Part shown: positions 47,781 through 55,972 of the stretch, piece after piece
Numbering within the stretch: position 1 is the first letter of the stretch
How the letters are laid out: every line of letters begins with the position of its first letter
Made by a program: the position numbers and the translations under genes
Notes under the pieces: model-generated
Told to the model about the DNA's origin: nothing
Database searches by the model: none
Seen by the model: the letters and a program-made list of their open reading frames with translations, nothing else
Origin: a virus
DNA length: 64,000 bases
Reading direction: 5' to 3' (one strand)
Virus record (IMG/VR): IMGVR_UViG_3300028559_000025
Span: 1 to 64,000 of that record

Positions 47781-47868
47781 AGTCCCCACACAGGACCTTA
47801 GAGATGGATTAGTTACCCATTTATATATAACCTGGCCTTCGTGCCTGAATTACCTGTGTGGGGCTTTT
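47781..47868 (+). ncRNA. Candidate structured small RNA (family unknown)
   Basis: TACAAT at 47770-75; 11-bp closing stem CCCCACACAGG/CCTGTGTGGGG; internal hairpins; TTTT end. Confidence 0.6.
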
Positions 47869-47894
47869 AACATTAGGTGTATAATTATAAAACC

Positions 47895-48170
47895 ATGTCA
47901 GAAAAAGAATTGGCAGTTTATAATAAACAGCAATTCAAGATGCGCCTTAAGGCAATTAAGGAGGCAAGTGGATGTGTTGACTGTGGAGAATGTAATCATA
48001 TAGTTTTAGACTTTGATCACATTAGAGATAAAAAATATAATATTTCAAGAATGATCCACGATGGGTTTTCTTGGGCAGCAATAAAAAAAGAAATAGCAAA
48101 ATGTGAAGTAGTCTGTGCCAACTGTCATAGAATAAGAACTCATAATCGTTTGACAGAAAAAGCTTCATAG
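47895..48170 (+). CDS. Small HNH endonuclease
   Basis: CVDCG...LDFDH...KCEVVCANCHRIRT. Confidence 0.85.
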   Translation: MSEKELAVYNKQQFKMRLKAIKEASGCVDCGECNHIVLDFDHIRDKKYNISRMIHDGFSWAAIKKEIAKCEVVCANCHRIRTHNRLTEKAS

Positions 48171-48207
48171 TGATATACTAGAATGTCGTACTTAACAGGA
48201 GGAACAA

Positions 48208-48999
48208 ATGGCGGTAAAAGGTAGTTTAGAAGCAATCATTGAGGTTGCAAAGAAAGAAGTAGGAACCATTGAAGGTCCTAAAGATAATGAAACAAAGTAT
48301 GGAAAGTGGAGTGGTGCAAACTTCCTTCCATGGTGCCAGTCATTTGTTTCTTGGTCAGCATTTACAGCAGGATTAAATCCAAATAAATACCCAAAGACTG
48401 CTTCAACAGTTGCAGCAGCAGATTGGTTTAAGAAAAATAATCGTTGGGCAGATGCTCGTAATGATGATCCAACACCAGGTGATTGGATTTATTTTGATTT
48501 CCCAGATGATGGTGTAAATAGAATTTCACATGTTGGTATATGCATCAAGAACAATGGCGATGGAACAATTCAAGTTATTGAAGGAAATACTTCAGGAACT
48601 GCAAAGGGAGACCAGCGTAATGGCGGAATGTGCGTAGAAAAGACTCGTGCATACGTAAAGAATAAAAAGGGAATTATAAATGCAGTAGTTGGTTGGGGTC
48701 GTCCAGTTTATGCTGGTGAAGAGAATGTCCCACTTCTGTCAAAGGGTGGATCAGTATCACAGCCTGCAACAACTACATCTCAGCCTGCAGCACCTGCAGC
48801 AAAGAAAGAGTTTAAGCCATTTAAGGTTGGCTCAAAAGGAGAAGCAGTAAAGAAAGTTCAAGAGCTTCTTAGTCTAAATGCAGATGGTGATTTTGGTCCA
48901 GGAACTGAAAAGGCAGTCAAGGCATTTCAGAAGAAGTCTGGTCTTCCAGTAACAGGAATAGTAGATCAGGCAACTCTAAAAGCATTAAGAGGAAAGTAA
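48208..48999 (+). CDS. Endolysin (CHAP domain plus peptidoglycan-binding domain)
   Basis: PWCQSFVSW...HVGI...IEGN; C-terminal DGDFGPGTEKAVKAFQ...L..TGIVD. Confidence 0.9.
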   Translation: MAVKGSLEAIIEVAKKEVGTIEGPKDNETKYGKWSGANFLPWCQSFVSWSAFTAGLNPNKYPKTASTVAAADWFKKNNRWADARNDDPTPGDWIYFDFPDDGVNRISHVGICIKNNGDGTIQVIEGNTSGTAKGDQRNGGMCVEKTRAYVKNKKGIINAVVGWGRPVYAGEENVPLLSKGGSVSQPATTTSQPAAPAAKKEFKPFKVGSKGEAVKKVQELLSLNADGDFGPGTEKAVKAFQKKSGLPVTGIVDQATLKALRGK

Positions 49000-49000
49000 T

Positions 49001-49201
49001 ATGGAATCAACAAAGAAAACACTTCTCAAAACATTAAGCTGGGAGACATTCCATCTTGTTGGTGTTGCTGGAGTTATTTATTTGTTTACTGGTGAATGGG
49101 AATACGCCAGCCTTGGCGCATTGTTATACATTGGTTGGGAAGCTATTGGATATTTTCTTCACGAAAGAGTATGGGCTAAATTTGGAAAGAAAATAAAGTA
49201 A
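49001..49201 (+). CDS. DUF2061-like membrane protein
   Basis: ES...TLLKTLSW...YFLHERVW. Confidence 0.75.
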   Translation: MESTKKTLLKTLSWETFHLVGVAGVIYLFTGEWEYASLGALLYIGWEAIGYFLHERVWAKFGKKIK

Positions 49202-49202
49202 T

Positions 49203-49385
49203 ATGGCTTTATACGAATATGATTGTATGCCCTGTGGTGTCAGAGTTGTTAAGGAAAGATCAATTAATGATTCTGACCCAGGGTATGCATGTGAGACTTG
49301 TAATCATACGTTAGTTCGTGTATACTCTAATGTAGGAGTTGTATTCAATGGCTCTGGCTACTATTCTACAGATAACAGAAAGTAA
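49203..49385 (+). CDS. FmdB-family zinc ribbon
   Basis: YEYDC..C...C..C...RVY..VGVVF.GSGYYSTD. Confidence 0.85.
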   Translation: MALYEYDCMPCGVRVVKERSINDSDPGYACETCNHTLVRVYSNVGVVFNGSGYYSTDNRK

Positions 49386-49394
49386 AGGTATACT

Positions 49395-49649
49395 ATGAGT
49401 ACAATGATTACAGACGAAGTTGTAGAAAAAGAGTGGATACTTAAAGCAACAGATCGCTGTGATTCGTGTGCAGCAGAAGCCCTAGTTAAGGTCACTGGCC
49501 TTAATGGTGATCTTATGTTCTGCGGTCATCACTATAATAAGATTATGGATAATCCAGAAGGATACAATAAGATGATGTCCTTTATGATTAGCGTAGTTGA
49601 TGAACGTGATAAATTAATTGAAAATAAAGCAAAAGGTAAAGACTACTAA
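49395..49649 (+). CDS. Small actinobacterial-type Cys/His protein
   Basis: DRCDSCAA.A.V.....G.L.FCGHH. Confidence 0.7.
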   Translation: MSTMITDEVVEKEWILKATDRCDSCAAEALVKVTGLNGDLMFCGHHYNKIMDNPEGYNKMMSFMISVVDERDKLIENKAKGKDY

Positions 49650-49683
49650 TGCAAAATAATAAAATTAAGAAAGATATTTGTGT

Positions 49684-50475
49684 ATGAGATTTCACTGGAT
49701 GGAAAGGGGTAAAGATACTAGTACCCGTCATCTAAAAACAATTTCTGCAGTAGTTGATGAGTTTGGTTACGAATCTATTCTTCTTGTCTATCATTCTAAA
49801 ATAGATGATAATTGGATTAAGGCAGCACGTGTTTTAGATACTAACCATAAATTTAAATATATGCCAGCTATTAGAACATACGCAATAAGTCCTGAATACT
49901 GTGCTATGATGGCTAAATCTTTTCATGATATATCACCTAGTAGGCTTATGCTAAATATTGTTTCTGGTGATATACATCAAGAAGAAACATCAATAGATGA
50001 TTTGGTATGGATTAATGACAAACTAGATACTGCAGAAAAAAGGCTTGAGTATACAGATGAATGGCTAAATAAATTTATTAAGATGTCTAATGGCACAGTA
50101 TCTCAAATAGTCATGGGCGGTCATTCTAGCAAGACCAAGGCTATGGCTGAAAAATATGGGGCTACTCACCTTTCTATGCTTAATATGCACAAACAGATGT
50201 ACAACAAACCTGATTTTATAAAAAACTCTAAACAGATGCTGTCCTTAAGTGTTATTATAAATAATTCTAAAAAAGAAATTGATAGACTTTTACATACCAA
50301 CAAAGGGTCAGAGCAGTGGACAATATTTGGAAACAAAGAAAGCGTTAAAGAGCAAATCAATAGCTTAACAGATTTGGGTGCAACTGATGTATTGATCAGC
50401 TCACATCCAGAAGACAAAGATGTCTCATCAATACATTATTTAATAAAAGAAATGGTAGAGGAACAAAATGTATGA
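49684..50475 (+). CDS. Luciferase-like (LLM, SsuD-like) flavin monooxygenase
   Basis: MRFHW; GYESILL; A.R....SP.Y.A; RLMLNIVSG; GG.S. Confidence 0.7.
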   Translation: MRFHWMERGKDTSTRHLKTISAVVDEFGYESILLVYHSKIDDNWIKAARVLDTNHKFKYMPAIRTYAISPEYCAMMAKSFHDISPSRLMLNIVSGDIHQEETSIDDLVWINDKLDTAEKRLEYTDEWLNKFIKMSNGTVSQIVMGGHSSKTKAMAEKYGATHLSMLNMHKQMYNKPDFIKNSKQMLSLSVIINNSKKEIDRLLHTNKGSEQWTIFGNKESVKEQINSLTDLGATDVLISSHPEDKDVSSIHYLIKEMVEEQNV

Positions 50476-50875
50476 ATACTATGTAAGAAAAGTAGAAAAT
50501 GTAGTAGATGGAGATACCATTGATGTTCTTATTGATTTAGGGTTTGATATTTTGTTTCAATCCCGTGTGAGATTGGCTGGTATTGATACCCCTGAGTCTC
50601 GTACAAAAGATTTAATGGAAAAGGCTCTTGGAATTGAGTCTAAAGAATACCTAAAGAAGGCTCTAAAAGATGCCAAGTCAGTTGTAATTAAGACTGAGAA
50701 GATGAACTCATCTGAAAAGTATGGTCGCATTTTAGGCTGGGTATATATTAATGGAGACACAGTATCTCTTAATGACATGATGATTAATGATGGATATGCG
50801 TGGGGCTATATGGGTGATACTAAGGTAAAGGATTTTGATGTACTTGCTAAGGCAAGAAAGAAGTCTGGTAAGTGA
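50468..50875 (+). CDS. Thermonuclease (SNase family)
   Basis: VVDGDTID; RLAGIDTPE; KYGRILG; GYAW.Y. Confidence 0.9.
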   Translation: MYEYYVRKVENVVDGDTIDVLIDLGFDILFQSRVRLAGIDTPESRTKDLMEKALGIESKEYLKKALKDAKSVVIKTEKMNSSEKYGRILGWVYINGDTVSLNDMMINDGYAWGYMGDTKVKDFDVLAKARKKSGK

Positions 50876-51123
50876 GTCACGTACTTTACTTTACTGCTGA
50901 ATGGTGTAAACCATGTGAAAGAACTATGCCAGTAGCAGAAGAATTAAAGAGGGGTGGACTTATAGATTTTATATTTGTTGATGCAGACTACGAAAGAGAG
51001 CTTTTTGAAACATTTGGTGTTAAGTCTGTTCCTACATATATACTTCTTAAAGATGGTCTAGAGGTTAAACGTATGACTGGTGCAAAAACTCGTGAAGAAT
51101 TCTTGGACTTCGTAAATGCTTAA
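50872..51123 (+). CDS. Thioredoxin
   Basis: FTAEWCKPC; VKSVPT. Confidence 0.88.
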   Translation: MSHVLYFTAEWCKPCERTMPVAEELKRGGLIDFIFVDADYERELFETFGVKSVPTYILLKDGLEVKRMTGAKTREEFLDFVNA

Positions 51124-51460
51124 TGATGAAGAAATAAGTAAAATAGTAGACAGCCTAATACTTGAAGGTGGCATAGAGTTTGCTGGTGTTGATCCAGAGA
51201 GTGGAGAAATACTATACTCTCTTACCCCAAAAATAAAAGAAATAATGCCAGAGCTGTATGAGGAGCATATAAACTTCATAAACAATGACTTGATGGCTCT
51301 TTGGGAAAAAGGGTTTGTAAATATAGATTTTTTTAATGATGATCCATTAATATATATTAGTGATAAATCTTATGATAAATCTGAGGTTATGAAGCTTTCC
51401 AGAGAAGAGCGATGGTCTTTGCAAGAGCTAAAAAGAACCATAGACTCTCAAGAACTCTGA
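51116..51460 (+). CDS. Hypothetical protein
   Basis: Coupled ORF; L...G.IE..G.D...GE.LY motif. Confidence 0.65.
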   Translation: MLNDEEISKIVDSLILEGGIEFAGVDPESGEILYSLTPKIKEIMPELYEEHINFINNDLMALWEKGFVNIDFFNDDPLIYISDKSYDKSEVMKLSREERWSLQELKRTIDSQEL

Positions 51461-51472
51461 TATAATGATTAT

Positions 51473-52615
51473 ATGTTGAACATACAAGAAGGCAATTTTG
51501 TCATGGGCATGACCAAAGAAGGCATAATCCATGGAATGGTTGAGCACATAATGGTAGAGGGTGGAACACTTGGCACACCTGGATCAGAATATTCTCTTGT
51601 CTCTATGCCACCAGATAACCCAGCAATGTCTGTAAGAATTTATGAAGAAGAAGATGGCGGTTGGGAAGAAACCGCATATAGTATTGGCATGATGTATAGT
51701 GATGCTACAAAATTAGAAACCTTGGATGGTCACACAATGAACTCAAATAATAACACTGACGCCTATGATAACTCAGTTGGTAAAGCAGAAAAACCTAACT
51801 ATGCAGAAATAATTGATGAGCGTGAAGGTGGTAGTGAGCCATCCAACAGAGAGCTTTATAATAGAATTATTGCTGAAGCAAAAGCAAAGTTTGATGTTTA
51901 TCCTTCAGCAGTAGCAAATGCGTGGGTATCACAAGAATATAAAAAACGTGGTGGAACATATAAATCTTATGATGAAGACGATAAAGTTAAAAAAGAATAT
52001 GAAGGTTGTGGATGTCCTACGTGTAAAGAATTAAATGTTAACTGTGATAACTGTCCAATGTGTCAGGCTGGAGAAATGAAGTCAGATTGCTGTGGCAATG
52101 TAAGCAAGCAAGCACCTTGTTGGGATGGATATGTACAAAGAGGAATGAAGCCTGGAAAAAATGGCAAAATGGTTCCTAATTGTGTGCCTGCTGCAAAAGC
52201 AGATGACTTATGGGAAGATGATGACACAGTTGAATACGATACAGATTCAGTATCAAAGGCTGAAGGTTACTCACCACCAGAAGGAGCAAGATCAGCTGCT
52301 CGTAAAGCAATTAAGTTTAAAGAAGATGGCAAGGCCACTGGTGCAGGAACTGCAGTTGGCTGGACTCGTGCAGGGCAGTTAGCAAGAGGAGAAACTATAT
52401 CTCTTAGTACTGTTAAAAGAATGTACTCATACTTCTCACGCCATGAAGTAGATAAGAAGGGTAAGGATTGGGGAAACCAATCAAACCCTTCTAATGGATA
52501 TATCATGTGGTTGGCATGGGGCGGAGACGCAGGATTCTCTTGGTCACGAGGTATTGTTGAGCGTGAAAAGAAAAAGACAGTATGGGTTGGAAGCGCATTT
52601 AGTTTTAGAGGTTAA
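51473..52615 (+). CDS. Mosaic head-associated protein
   Basis: Tudor-like N-terminus; PSA.AN.W...EYKKRGG module; CWDGY...VPNCV module; RM.SYFSRHEVDK...WGGDAG module. Confidence 0.55.
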   Translation: MLNIQEGNFVMGMTKEGIIHGMVEHIMVEGGTLGTPGSEYSLVSMPPDNPAMSVRIYEEEDGGWEETAYSIGMMYSDATKLETLDGHTMNSNNNTDAYDNSVGKAEKPNYAEIIDEREGGSEPSNRELYNRIIAEAKAKFDVYPSAVANAWVSQEYKKRGGTYKSYDEDDKVKKEYEGCGCPTCKELNVNCDNCPMCQAGEMKSDCCGNVSKQAPCWDGYVQRGMKPGKNGKMVPNCVPAAKADDLWEDDDTVEYDTDSVSKAEGYSPPEGARSAARKAIKFKEDGKATGAGTAVGWTRAGQLARGETISLSTVKRMYSYFSRHEVDKKGKDWGNQSNPSNGYIMWLAWGGDAGFSWSRGIVEREKKKTVWVGSAFSFRG

Positions 52616-52617
52616 AA

Positions 52618-53037
52618 ATGGTATCAACCTTGCTTATTGGCTTGACATCTATAGTCCTTTGCTCTATAATTATAAGAGTAGTACAAAAGCGTAAGAAGTA
52701 TTTTGCTAAAATTGTTTATACTCAAAGCAGTATTCATCAAATAGTAAAAAACATTTTACCAAAAGATCTTTTTGAGGTACCTAAAATACTTTCTCAATCA
52801 AGAAAGCATGTCAGTAATAATACTGTCAAGGTACTGATAATAGAAGATAACGCATATTGGGTACACAACAATATGTTTTATGTGGCAGATGCAGTTGATG
52901 GATCAGTAGATTCAGAAACTGTTAGGCCAGTAGACACAAACAATATGTCAAAGCGAGATATTGATAAGATGCTATTCATACTGGATAGCTTAAAGAATGG
53001 GAATTCTGATGATAGTAGCAGTGCATGGAACGAATGA
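52618..53037 (+). CDS. Membrane-anchored hypothetical protein
   Basis: N-terminal TM; GAGG RBS. Confidence 0.65.
   Translation: MVSTLLIGLTSIVLCSIIIRVVQKRKKYFAKIVYTQSSIHQIVKNILPKDLFEVPKILSQSRKHVSNNTVKVLIIEDNAYWVHNNMFYVADAVDGSVDSETVRPVDTNNMSKRDIDKMLFILDSLKNGNSDDSSSAWNE
52642..52670 (+). promoter_or_regulatory. Consensus sigma70 promoter inside a CDS
   Basis: TTGACA-17-TATAAT exact match. Confidence 0.75.
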
Positions 53038-53359
53038 CTTTAATGATTATAAAGTCTTTCTTCGTGCTATGAGCGTTGCCCTTTCTGGAATGCAAGATGG
53101 AGATACAGAGTTTATAGTTTATTCTGCTGGACCAGCTTCAATAAACTCATTTGTATCTGAGTTTTGTAATTTATCAGAAAGAGGAATGAAGTCTCGTGGA
53201 AGAAAGATTAAGTTTTACAATGTTCCTTCTTCCTGGATTGAAGAAAACATGCTTAGTGTAAACTATCTTGCTTTCTTGAGCAGACCACATCAGTCTGTAT
53301 CAAAACTTGTTAAAACTGCAGAAAAAAACAACATTGAAGTAGGAATTTTCCGATACTAA
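53009..53359 (+). CDS. SLOG/YspA-like protein
   Basis: IVAVHGTNDFNDY Rossmannoid start; ends with A.K.NI.V. Confidence 0.55.
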   Translation: MIVAVHGTNDFNDYKVFLRAMSVALSGMQDGDTEFIVYSAGPASINSFVSEFCNLSERGMKSRGRKIKFYNVPSSWIEENMLSVNYLAFLSRPHQSVSKLVKTAEKNNIEVGIFRY

Positions 53360-53369
53360 AGGGGTAAAA

Positions 53370-53579
53370 ATGATTGTAAAAGATTTAAAAACAATGGAAA
53401 AGATTGTTGCAAAGAACAACAACTTGCATTGGGATGGTTGGACAGTTGTAGAAACAAAGCAGTCTGATATTGCCAAGACTGCTATTAATGGAATTCGTCG
53501 TAATGGTAAATGGTTTTTGGCAAAGACTTTCGTACCTGATCGTAATGGCTGGGATATTCCAAATAAATACAAGGAGTAA
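53370..53579 (+). CDS. Hypothetical protein
   Basis: AGGGG RBS; L.WDGW.V motif. Confidence 0.65.
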   Translation: MIVKDLKTMEKIVAKNNNLHWDGWTVVETKQSDIAKTAINGIRRNGKWFLAKTFVPDRNGWDIPNKYKE

Positions 53580-53581
53580 CC

Positions 53582-53869
53582 ATGAAGCAACACTTATGGA
53601 AAGACGAAAGTGCTTGCTTTGGTACAGATACCAATTTATTCTTTGAAAGATATGAAGATGATGAGCTTATTAGACCAATAATAGACAACCTGTGTCAATC
53701 GTGCCCAGTGCAAAAAATATGTTTTGCTAACGGTGTATCTGGCAAAGAGTGGGGTGTATGGGGTGGTATATACTTAGAGAATGGTGAAATATCAAGAGAG
53801 TTTAGTAAGCATAGAACAAAAGAAAAATGGGGTGAGATGTGGAAATCTCTAACAATGGAGAAGATGTAA
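53582..53869 (+). CDS. whiB: WhiB-family transcription factor
   Basis: C...FF...CQSCPV...C...EWGVWGG. Confidence 0.9.
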   Translation: MKQHLWKDESACFGTDTNLFFERYEDDELIRPIIDNLCQSCPVQKICFANGVSGKEWGVWGGIYLENGEISREFSKHRTKEKWGEMWKSLTMEKM

Positions 53870-54141
53870 CCAGCTTTGATTCAATATGTGCCATCCTTGG
53901 AGAACTGTGGATGGACTATAAGTCTGATAAATACTTTAAAGACTTTATTGAATACAACGATATTGGTCTTCCAATTGCATTTTTAATTGATAATGAACTT
54001 GTTGAGCCAACGGTATTGGCAAGACAGTATGTTTATGAAACATGGGATATTTTTCTTGGAGCACTAGAAGTTAAAGAAGATTTAGGCTGGGAATCATTAG
54101 AAGATTTATTTCATTATGTAGATAAGAAAGATAAGCAGTAA
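53839..54141 (+). CDS. Hypothetical protein
   Basis: F.DF.EYNDIGLP.A motif; in operon. Confidence 0.6.
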   Translation: MEISNNGEDVTSFDSICAILGELWMDYKSDKYFKDFIEYNDIGLPIAFLIDNELVEPTVLARQYVYETWDIFLGALEVKEDLGWESLEDLFHYVDKKDKQ

Positions 54142-54371
54142 TGTATACAGATTCAATGCGTAGAGCTTTTCATGCCGTTCAAGCACCAAAAGGTTTTGGT
54201 GTGCAACTTATTGACAACGAGCACTTTCTTACGATAAAATTAGATGAAAGACACTTTGTAGGATTATCGCATGATGAAAAGATTGCAGCATTACAATATG
54301 TTGTTCAACTTAAAAATGCTTTAGAGATGGAAGGTGCTATAGTGTTAGTTACAAGAGAGGCTTTAAATTAA
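54141..54371 (+). CDS. Hypothetical protein
   Basis: Coupled ORF starting MYTDSMRRAFH. Confidence 0.65.
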   Translation: MYTDSMRRAFHAVQAPKGFGVQLIDNEHFLTIKLDERHFVGLSHDEKIAALQYVVQLKNALEMEGAIVLVTREALN

Positions 54372-54781
54372 TGAATATCCTAGAAGTTACAGTGATTGTT
54401 GGCTCTTTGCTTTTTGCTTCCTTGCTTTCAGTATTAGTTTTATCAATTAAGTTTTTAAGACTAAAGAACGATATTAAAAAGATGGCTACTGCCTATTCTA
54501 AAGTTACTCAGCTAATGCTATCTAATGATAAGCTAGATAACAATGTGCATCAAGAAAGCTTTATTAAGTTTCTTTCTGATTCTCGTGATTCCGCATTTGA
54601 TTATATTGAAGAGGTTCAATCAGGTATATCTAAGTTTGTTGAGCAGGTTGATCCAGAAATATCATACTTTAAAGAGTACGGAGACATAATAGCGATGGCA
54701 CCTAATTACAACTCTATGAATAAAATTGCTACTGCCTATGAAGATCTTATTAAACTATTACCAAAAGAGGAAGTTGAATGA
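54371..54781 (+). CDS. Membrane-anchored coiled-coil protein
   Basis: N-terminal TM; FIKFLSDSRD.AF.YIEEVQ. Confidence 0.65.
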   Translation: MNILEVTVIVGSLLFASLLSVLVLSIKFLRLKNDIKKMATAYSKVTQLMLSNDKLDNNVHQESFIKFLSDSRDSAFDYIEEVQSGISKFVEQVDPEISYFKEYGDIIAMAPNYNSMNKIATAYEDLIKLLPKEEVE

Positions 54782-54936
54782 AAGACATTATTCTATCAAC
54801 ATTAACAGGTTTTGGATGCGGTGTCGTGTTCGCAGCATTCAAATTGCCAGTACCAGCACCACCAGTTTTTGCGGGAGTCGCAGGAATTATTGGTCTATGG
54901 ATTGGCTTTACATTACTAACACGAGTTATATCCTAG
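54778..54936 (+). CDS. XapX/DUF1427-like small membrane protein (not in the ORF track)
   Basis: G..F...KLPVPAPPVFAGVAGIIG. Confidence 0.75.
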   Translation: MKDIILSTLTGFGCGVVFAAFKLPVPAPPVFAGVAGIIGLWIGFTLLTRVIS

Positions 54937-54946
54937 GAGGAAAACA

Positions 54947-55222
54947 ATGAATACAGAACAACTAAAGGCACTACTGGCATCATATGGTCGCTCAGTACTT
55001 GCATCAGGTCTAGCACTCTATATGGCTGGCGTAACAGATCCAAAGGATCTATGGACAGCACTAGTTGCTGCAATTGCACCAGTAGCAATCAGAGCAATCA
55101 ACCCTAATGACAAGGCGTTTGGCGTATTGCCAGATGCTAAGGAAGTAGAGAAGGCTCTAAAGACTGCTAAGGCACCTGTAAAGAAGGCAGCAGCTAAGAA
55201 GGCTGCTCCAAAGGCTAAGTAA
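54947..55222 (+). CDS. Holin-like protein
   Basis: Two hydrophobic segments; NPND.AFG; basic AKK tail; strong RBS. Confidence 0.55.
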   Translation: MNTEQLKALLASYGRSVLASGLALYMAGVTDPKDLWTALVAAIAPVAIRAINPNDKAFGVLPDAKEVEKALKTAKAPVKKAAAKKAAPKAK

Positions 55223-55237
55223 ATAGTAAAAATAGTT

Positions 55238-55266
55238 AGGGCCAGTCCATTTGGGCTGGCTCTTTC
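55238..55266 (+). terminator. Hairpin terminator
   Basis: GGGCCAGTCC-ATTT-GGGCTGGCTC followed by TTT. Confidence 0.65.
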
Positions 55267-55285
55267 TATGCTATGATAGGATTAT

Positions 55286-55972
55286 ATGTCAAATACAGCT
55301 TTAATTATGTGCACTTATATAAGGTTTGAAAACCTTAAAAAAACTTTGGGTTGCATAGAAAGACAAACCAATAAAGATTTTGATTTTTATATTGTTGATA
55401 ACTCTAATAGACATGAAAAGTTGTTGGGGTACCTTGATAAATTTGGCAAAGGTATTGATATAACTGTACACAACTATCATAATGAATTTAAACAGTTCGC
55501 TAGATTCTTATTGGCAAGAGATCTTGCTGAGCAAGGATATGAAAAAATTATATTTATTGATGATGATGAAATTATTCCAGACACATTTATACAGGAATGC
55601 CACGAACAATATGAAGAAGGCTCTATAAAATCTTTTTGGGCACATATGGTTGAAGAAAGATATAACAGAAAAATAAAATTAGAAAAAAATGAAATAGGTA
55701 ACTACGCTGGAACAGGTGGACTTATATGTAGCTCTAAGCTATTTTTAAATGACGACTTTTTTGATTGCCCTGAAGAATATTGGATCATTGATGATCTTTG
55801 GTTATCTTATTATGTATTAAGTTTTACAGACTATAAGATTAAAGAACTTAAAACAAATATTCAATTTATAAAAGATATGAAGGCAACATTCATGACATTA
55901 GGAAACTTAAAACAAAAATTTTCAAATGATTTTATTATCCCAGTATCTAAAAAGCTTGATTTAAAGCTGTAG
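55286..55972 (+). CDS. GT2-family glycosyltransferase
   Basis: IMCTY.R; IVDN; FIDDD; DDLWLS. Confidence 0.8.
   Translation: MSNTALIMCTYIRFENLKKTLGCIERQTNKDFDFYIVDNSNRHEKLLGYLDKFGKGIDITVHNYHNEFKQFARFLLARDLAEQGYEKIIFIDDDEIIPDTFIQECHEQYEEGSIKSFWAHMVEERYNRKIKLEKNEIGNYAGTGGLICSSKLFLNDDFFDCPEEYWIIDDLWLSYYVLSFTDYKIKELKTNIQFIKDMKATFMTLGNLKQKFSNDFIIPVSKKLDLKL

Noticed and set aside
47781-47868. Hammerhead ribozyme, tRNA or simple terminator identity for the structured RNA
   Set aside because: It lacks the CUGANGA/GAAA core and a cloverleaf, and the enclosed region is too large for a plain terminator
54726-54950. 74-aa ORF from the ORF track
   Set aside because: The overlapping frame 54778-54936 gives a recognisable XapX-like protein with an RBS
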